Assembly (NCBI GenBank): GCA_965215115.1 | Contig: OZ244050.1 | Coordinates: forward strand, 2,062,323-2,126,322 | Length of the DNA: 64,000 nucleotides | Reading direction: 5' to 3' | Source of the DNA: Saprospiraceae bacterium | Lineage (GTDB): Bacteria > Bacteroidota > Bacteroidia > Chitinophagales > Saprospiraceae | Shown: piece after piece, positions 60,715 through 64,000 of the stretch | How positions within the stretch are numbered: the stretch's first letter is position 1 | How the letters are laid out: each line of letters starts with the position of its first letter | Program-made: the position numbers and the translations under genes | Notes under the pieces: model-generated | What the model saw: the letters and a program-made list of their open reading frames with translations, nothing else | The model's database searches: none | Told to the model about the DNA's origin: nothing

Positions 60715-60791
60715 GTTTTGGCGAAAGCCGAATTGCCTTGCTAAGGATGAGCATTTTGGGGACATTTATTTACAACGGCTTTCGCCAAAAC
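60715..60791. repeat. Inverted pair of the window-wide motif (16-nt perfect arms, 45-nt spacer)
   Basis: GTTTTGGCGAAAGCCG (60715-60730) / CGGCTTTCGCCAAAAC (60776-60791). Lies downstream of the AraC-family gene stop and upstream of the next minus-strand gene. Confidence 0.9.
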
Positions 60792-60841
60792 CTGAACGAG
60801 TCAAACGCCGCAAGCCTCTCGCGGAGCGAGCCAAACGGCGC

Positions 60842-61750
60842 TCACCCCAACCCCCGCCGCCACGCCCCCGGCGTACTCCCGACTTTAGCCTTGAACAGCT
60901 TACTGAACGATTGCGTGTACGCGAAGCCCAAACCGTATGCCACCTCGCTCACCGTGGCCTCGCCGGCCGCCAACTCGCGCTTCGCGCAGGCCACGAGCCG
61001 CGCCTGGATCAACTCCTGGGTGCTCTGCCCCGTGAGGGCCTTCAGGACGCTCCCGAGGTACTTCGGCGACACGGCCAGCGACGCGGCCACCGCCACCACC
61101 GTCGGCACGCCGCGCTCGCGGAGACGCTCCGGCGCAAAACCGGCGTCGAGGACGTGCTCCAGGCGCGTGAGCAGGTGGCGGTGCTCGCGCTGCCGCGTGC
61201 CGAACTGCCGGTGGTAAAACCGGTCGGCGTAGTAGAGCAGGCTCCCGACCTGCGCCACGAGGATGTCGCGCGTGAAGCGATCCGGCGCCGGGGCGGCCGA
61301 CTCGCGCGCCAACTCCCTGAGCAGCCCGACCACCGTCGCCTCCTCGGTCTCCGACAGGTGCAGCGCCTCGTCGACGGCGTAACCGAAGTAGTCGTACCGC
61401 GTGATCGCCTCGGCCAGGGGCGTGCCCAACAGCAGGCGCGGGTCGAACATCAGCAGCCAGCCCTCGTGCGTGAGCCGCGGCTCGCCCCGCAGCGAGTACA
61501 CCTGCCCCGGCGCGACGAAGACCAGCTTGCCGCCGTCGAAACCGTAGCTGCCCTGGCCGTAGCGCAGGGTCACGTTCACGTTTTGCTTCAGGGCCACCGA
61601 GTAAAAATCCTGGATCAGTTGCGCCGGCTCGTCCTCGCGCAGGCGCGCGATGTCCCCGAGGCGCACGACGCTCAGCAGCGCGTGTTTTGGCGAAAGCAAA
61701 CCCCGAAACGCGTGGTACTCAGCGATGGAGCGCAGGCGGCGCGGCGGCAT
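60842..61750 (-). CDS. AraC-family transcriptional regulator
   Basis: 302 aa from the internal ATG (MPPRRLRSIAEYHAF). C-terminal AraC HTH (TVSEVAYGLGFAYTQSFSKLFKAKVGSTP). Confidence 0.85.
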   Translation of the reverse strand: MPPRRLRSIAEYHAFRGLLSPKHALLSVVRLGDIARLREDEPAQLIQDFYSVALKQNVNVTLRYGQGSYGFDGGKLVFVAPGQVYSLRGEPRLTHEGWLLMFDPRLLLGTPLAEAITRYDYFGYAVDEALHLSETEEATVVGLLRELARESAAPAPDRFTRDILVAQVGSLLYYADRFYHRQFGTRQREHRHLLTRLEHVLDAGFAPERLRERGVPTVVAVAASLAVSPKYLGSVLKALTGQSTQELIQARLVACAKRELAAGEATVSEVAYGLGFAYTQSFSKLFKAKVGSTPGAWRRGLG

Positions 61751-61760
61751 AGGCGCAACA

Positions 61761-62660
61761 TTATCGACGGTACACGGCGGCGAACTCGCGGGCGAAATCA
61801 TCCACCTTGACCTGCCCAAAATCGGTGGGCTTGTGCGCAAGGTAGTCCTCGTGCAGGAGGCCGCTGCGGATGGCGGCGTACATCTCCACCATGCCCGCGG
61901 CGATGGCCGGCTGCATGCCCGCCCCCGCGAGACTGTCGTAAAACTCGTCGTCGCCGATCTGCACCCACGGCAGGTCGGGCTGCCCGACGGCGGCCCCGAC
62001 GGCGCTCGCGAGTTCGGCGTAAGTGCACTCGTCGCTGGTCACGTAGCGGACGCTGCGCCGCGCGGTGGGCGTCGCGTTGACCTCCGCGGTCACGGCGTCG
62101 GCGATGTCGCGCGGGGCCACCCAGGCGTTGCGGCCGTCGGGCGCGAGCGTGCCGCCCATGATGCCGTGGTCCCGGATGAGCCCGACCTGGGGGTAGAGGT
62201 TGTAGTAGATCTCCAGCGGGCGCACGTGCGTCACGGCCACGTCGTCGGGCAGGGCGTCGAGGCACTGCTCTACGTCGTAGGTGCCGCGCAGGATGCCGGT
62301 GCCGTCGCGGCGGTGCGCGCCGATGCTGCTGAGGTTGACGACGCGCGCGACGCCGGTCGTTCGTACCGCTTCCGCAAAACCGTGCCCGAGGGTCTGGAAG
62401 TAGGCCAGCAAGTCGAGGGACCGGTCGAAGTAGTCGGCCGGGGGCGCCATGACGTAGGCGAGGTCCGCTTCCGCAAAACTCGAGGCGAGGAAGGCCACGT
62501 CCTCGAGGCGACCGATCGCCGGGGTGGCGCCGAGGGCGCGGATGGCTTTCGCGCGGGCGGGATCGCTGCTGACGACGGTGACGCGGTGCCCGTCGGCGAG
62601 GAGGCGTCCGGCGAGCGGGCGCCCGATGCGCCCGAGCGATCCGGTGAGGGTGACGTTCAC
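61761..62660 (-). CDS. NmrA-like / NAD(P)H-binding domain protein
   Basis: 299 aa. N-terminal Rossmann pattern VTLTGSLGRIGRPLAGRLLADGHRVTVV. Adjacent to the AraC regulator. Confidence 0.8.
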   Translation of the reverse strand: MNVTLTGSLGRIGRPLAGRLLADGHRVTVVSSDPARAKAIRALGATPAIGRLEDVAFLASSFAEADLAYVMAPPADYFDRSLDLLAYFQTLGHGFAEAVRTTGVARVVNLSSIGAHRRDGTGILRGTYDVEQCLDALPDDVAVTHVRPLEIYYNLYPQVGLIRDHGIMGGTLAPDGRNAWVAPRDIADAVTAEVNATPTARRSVRYVTSDECTYAELASAVGAAVGQPDLPWVQIGDDEFYDSLAGAGMQPAIAAGMVEMYAAIRSGLLHEDYLAHKPTDFGQVKVDDFAREFAAVYRR

Positions 62661-63169
62661 GGTGCGAGTGGTGGTTTTGGTGAACGGCGAAGGTGGCGGG
62701 GCGCGGGCCAGGGTTTGTGTTCGGATGTCGGGAATTTGGGTGGGGATGTCGGCACCACTTGAGAAGCGGGCAGACCGCTCACTAGCTCGGACCTTGCTCG
62801 CTTACCCAGGCTATCCATCCGTTTGTAGGGCGGTCGCCTTTACGCAGCTGTCCGGGCAGTACGGACGATCTGATTGATCAGTGCCTTTTGATTCGACTCC
62901 GCCCTCGTTTGCGGCCTCGACGTTTGCTGCATAGCTTTCGCCAAAACCGATCCTTTCCAGCTCCTGGCGAAACAGTCCAAATCAATCCCGAAAGGCGACA
63001 AACCCGACCCCAGCTACCCGAGTACGACCGGTCAGCCCTCCGGTGGCGGCAGGGGCAACAACCCGAAGAAGGGTTAAATCCGGGGGGGCATTTGGGTGGA
63101 GTTGCAGCTGCGGCGCTTCAGTATGCCCGCGATCCAACGAAGGATAATCTCTGCTGCTGATACGAAGGA

Positions 63170-63937
63170 TCACTGCTTCATCTGATCGGCGTAGCGCTCG
63201 GTCACCGAGTGCAAGTACCGCTCAATTTGCACGTCCAGTCCCCCCTCACTACCGGACGCCAAACACCCCTCCGCCAGGCCCCCAATCGCGCGCGCCACGC
63301 TCCCGTCGCTGAGGTCGGCAAGCATCGTCGGCATCAGCGCCGCCAGGACGCCCGGCGGCAGATCGTCGAAGCCGCGCCCGTCGAAGGGGTCGGTGCCGTA
63401 CCGCAGGCAGAGCGCCGTGGTCAGGCGGGCGCGCGCGGTATCGACGAAGTGCGCCGCCTGCCACGGGCGACGCCGGGCGTGGGCGACGCCCGCGAGCCGG
63501 ACGTACAAAACCGCCTCTGCGACAAGTGCGCGCATGTCCGGCACCCGCTTCGGCGCGGGCGCGCCGGTCTCCCCGAAGACCAACGCGAAGCGGGCCGTCG
63601 TCGCCGCGAAGCTCGTCTGCGGCCGCGCCGACACGTCGAGTTGCATCCCGTGCTCGTGCAGGAACACGCGGTAGACGGCGTCTTCGTACGGGATGTCGAG
63701 CAGGCGCGCGAAGCCCGGGTCGTAGTCCGCGAGCCAGGACTCGGCTTGCGCCAAAACTTGCGCGACCTCTACGCCGGGGCGGGTCCCGAGCGCGAGGTCG
63801 ATGTCCGAGTGTCGGTCGCGGAACCCTTCGGCCGTCGACCCGACGTGCGCCGCCGAGGCAACCTCCGGGTGCTGAGTGGCCCACTGGGTAAGGTCGGCGA
63901 GGAGTCGGGCGCGGGCGGTGGGGAGCATCGCGCGCAA
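63170..63937 (-). CDS. Nucleotidyltransferase-domain protein
   Basis: 255 aa. Pol-beta-type NTase motif HVGSTAEGFRDRHSDIDLAL. Substrate unknown. Confidence 0.55.
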   Translation of the reverse strand: MRAMLPTARARLLADLTQWATQHPEVASAAHVGSTAEGFRDRHSDIDLALGTRPGVEVAQVLAQAESWLADYDPGFARLLDIPYEDAVYRVFLHEHGMQLDVSARPQTSFAATTARFALVFGETGAPAPKRVPDMRALVAEAVLYVRLAGVAHARRRPWQAAHFVDTARARLTTALCLRYGTDPFDGRGFDDLPPGVLAALMPTMLADLSDGSVARAIGGLAEGCLASGSEGGLDVQIERYLHSVTERYADQMKQ

Positions 63938-64000
63938 TGGTAAGGTGTGGTGCGCGAGCCAGGCGACGAATCGTTCGCCTGAACCTTAGCCAGTCCTAAA

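Noticed and set aside
62661-63169. Small ORFs (62888..63160 +, 62982..63173 -) in the 500-nt gap between the NmrA-like and nucleotidyltransferase genes
   Set aside because: No family resemblance, overlapping frames, and the region contains a motif copy (62935). Treated as intergenic.

Overview
GC-rich window (about two-thirds G+C by eye) with Bacteroidota-type hallmarks: a T9SS C-terminal sorting domain, and CarboxypepD_reg/TonB-dependent receptors followed by a DUF4249 lipoprotein. No rRNA, tRNA, CRISPR array, integrase or transposase was recognised. Layout: (1) 0-18.5 kb is mostly housekeeping (LytS-type kinase, nif3 plus zinc-ribbon pair, PhoD, ppa, secreted endonuclease I, ArsR, SDR, TonB receptor plus DUF4249, clpB). 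(2) 18.5-26.7 kb is a segment bracketed by a duplicated clpB 3' end, followed by a truncated Abi gene and an AT-rich insert. (3) 26.9-37.1 kb is an uncharacterised lipid/metabolite-type gene cluster (GNAT-like, PEP-utilising enzyme, UbiA, MMPL, APH-like kinase, DUF3419/BtaA-like, AMP-ligase). (4) 37.4-59.7 kb is a defence island. It holds a HIRAN protein, an Mrr-like nuclease, a translationally coupled DISARM-like operon (1738-aa helicase+DUF1998+nuclease-like fusion, SNF2 helicase, 1528-aa N6-adenine methyltransferase with an AT-rich swapped central segment), a TcmP/DUF5131/AT-rich 549-aa operon, an Mrr remnant and a PIN-like/DUF433 pair. (5) 59.9-64 kb has AraC, NmrA-like and nucleotidyltransferase genes. 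The most unusual signal runs through the whole window: about 57 copies of a GTTTT + 3-bp stem + GNRA-loop motif (consensus GTTTTGGCGAAAGCC, 17 exact 13-mers). Copies occur on both strands, in all reading frames and in intergenic DNA, and the stem co-varies. Three otherwise conserved genes carry single-site disruptions (clpB, the PEP-utilising enzyme, the APH-like kinase), which may be sequencing errors. Two loci carry 150-bp tandem structured repeats with a compensatory stem change.
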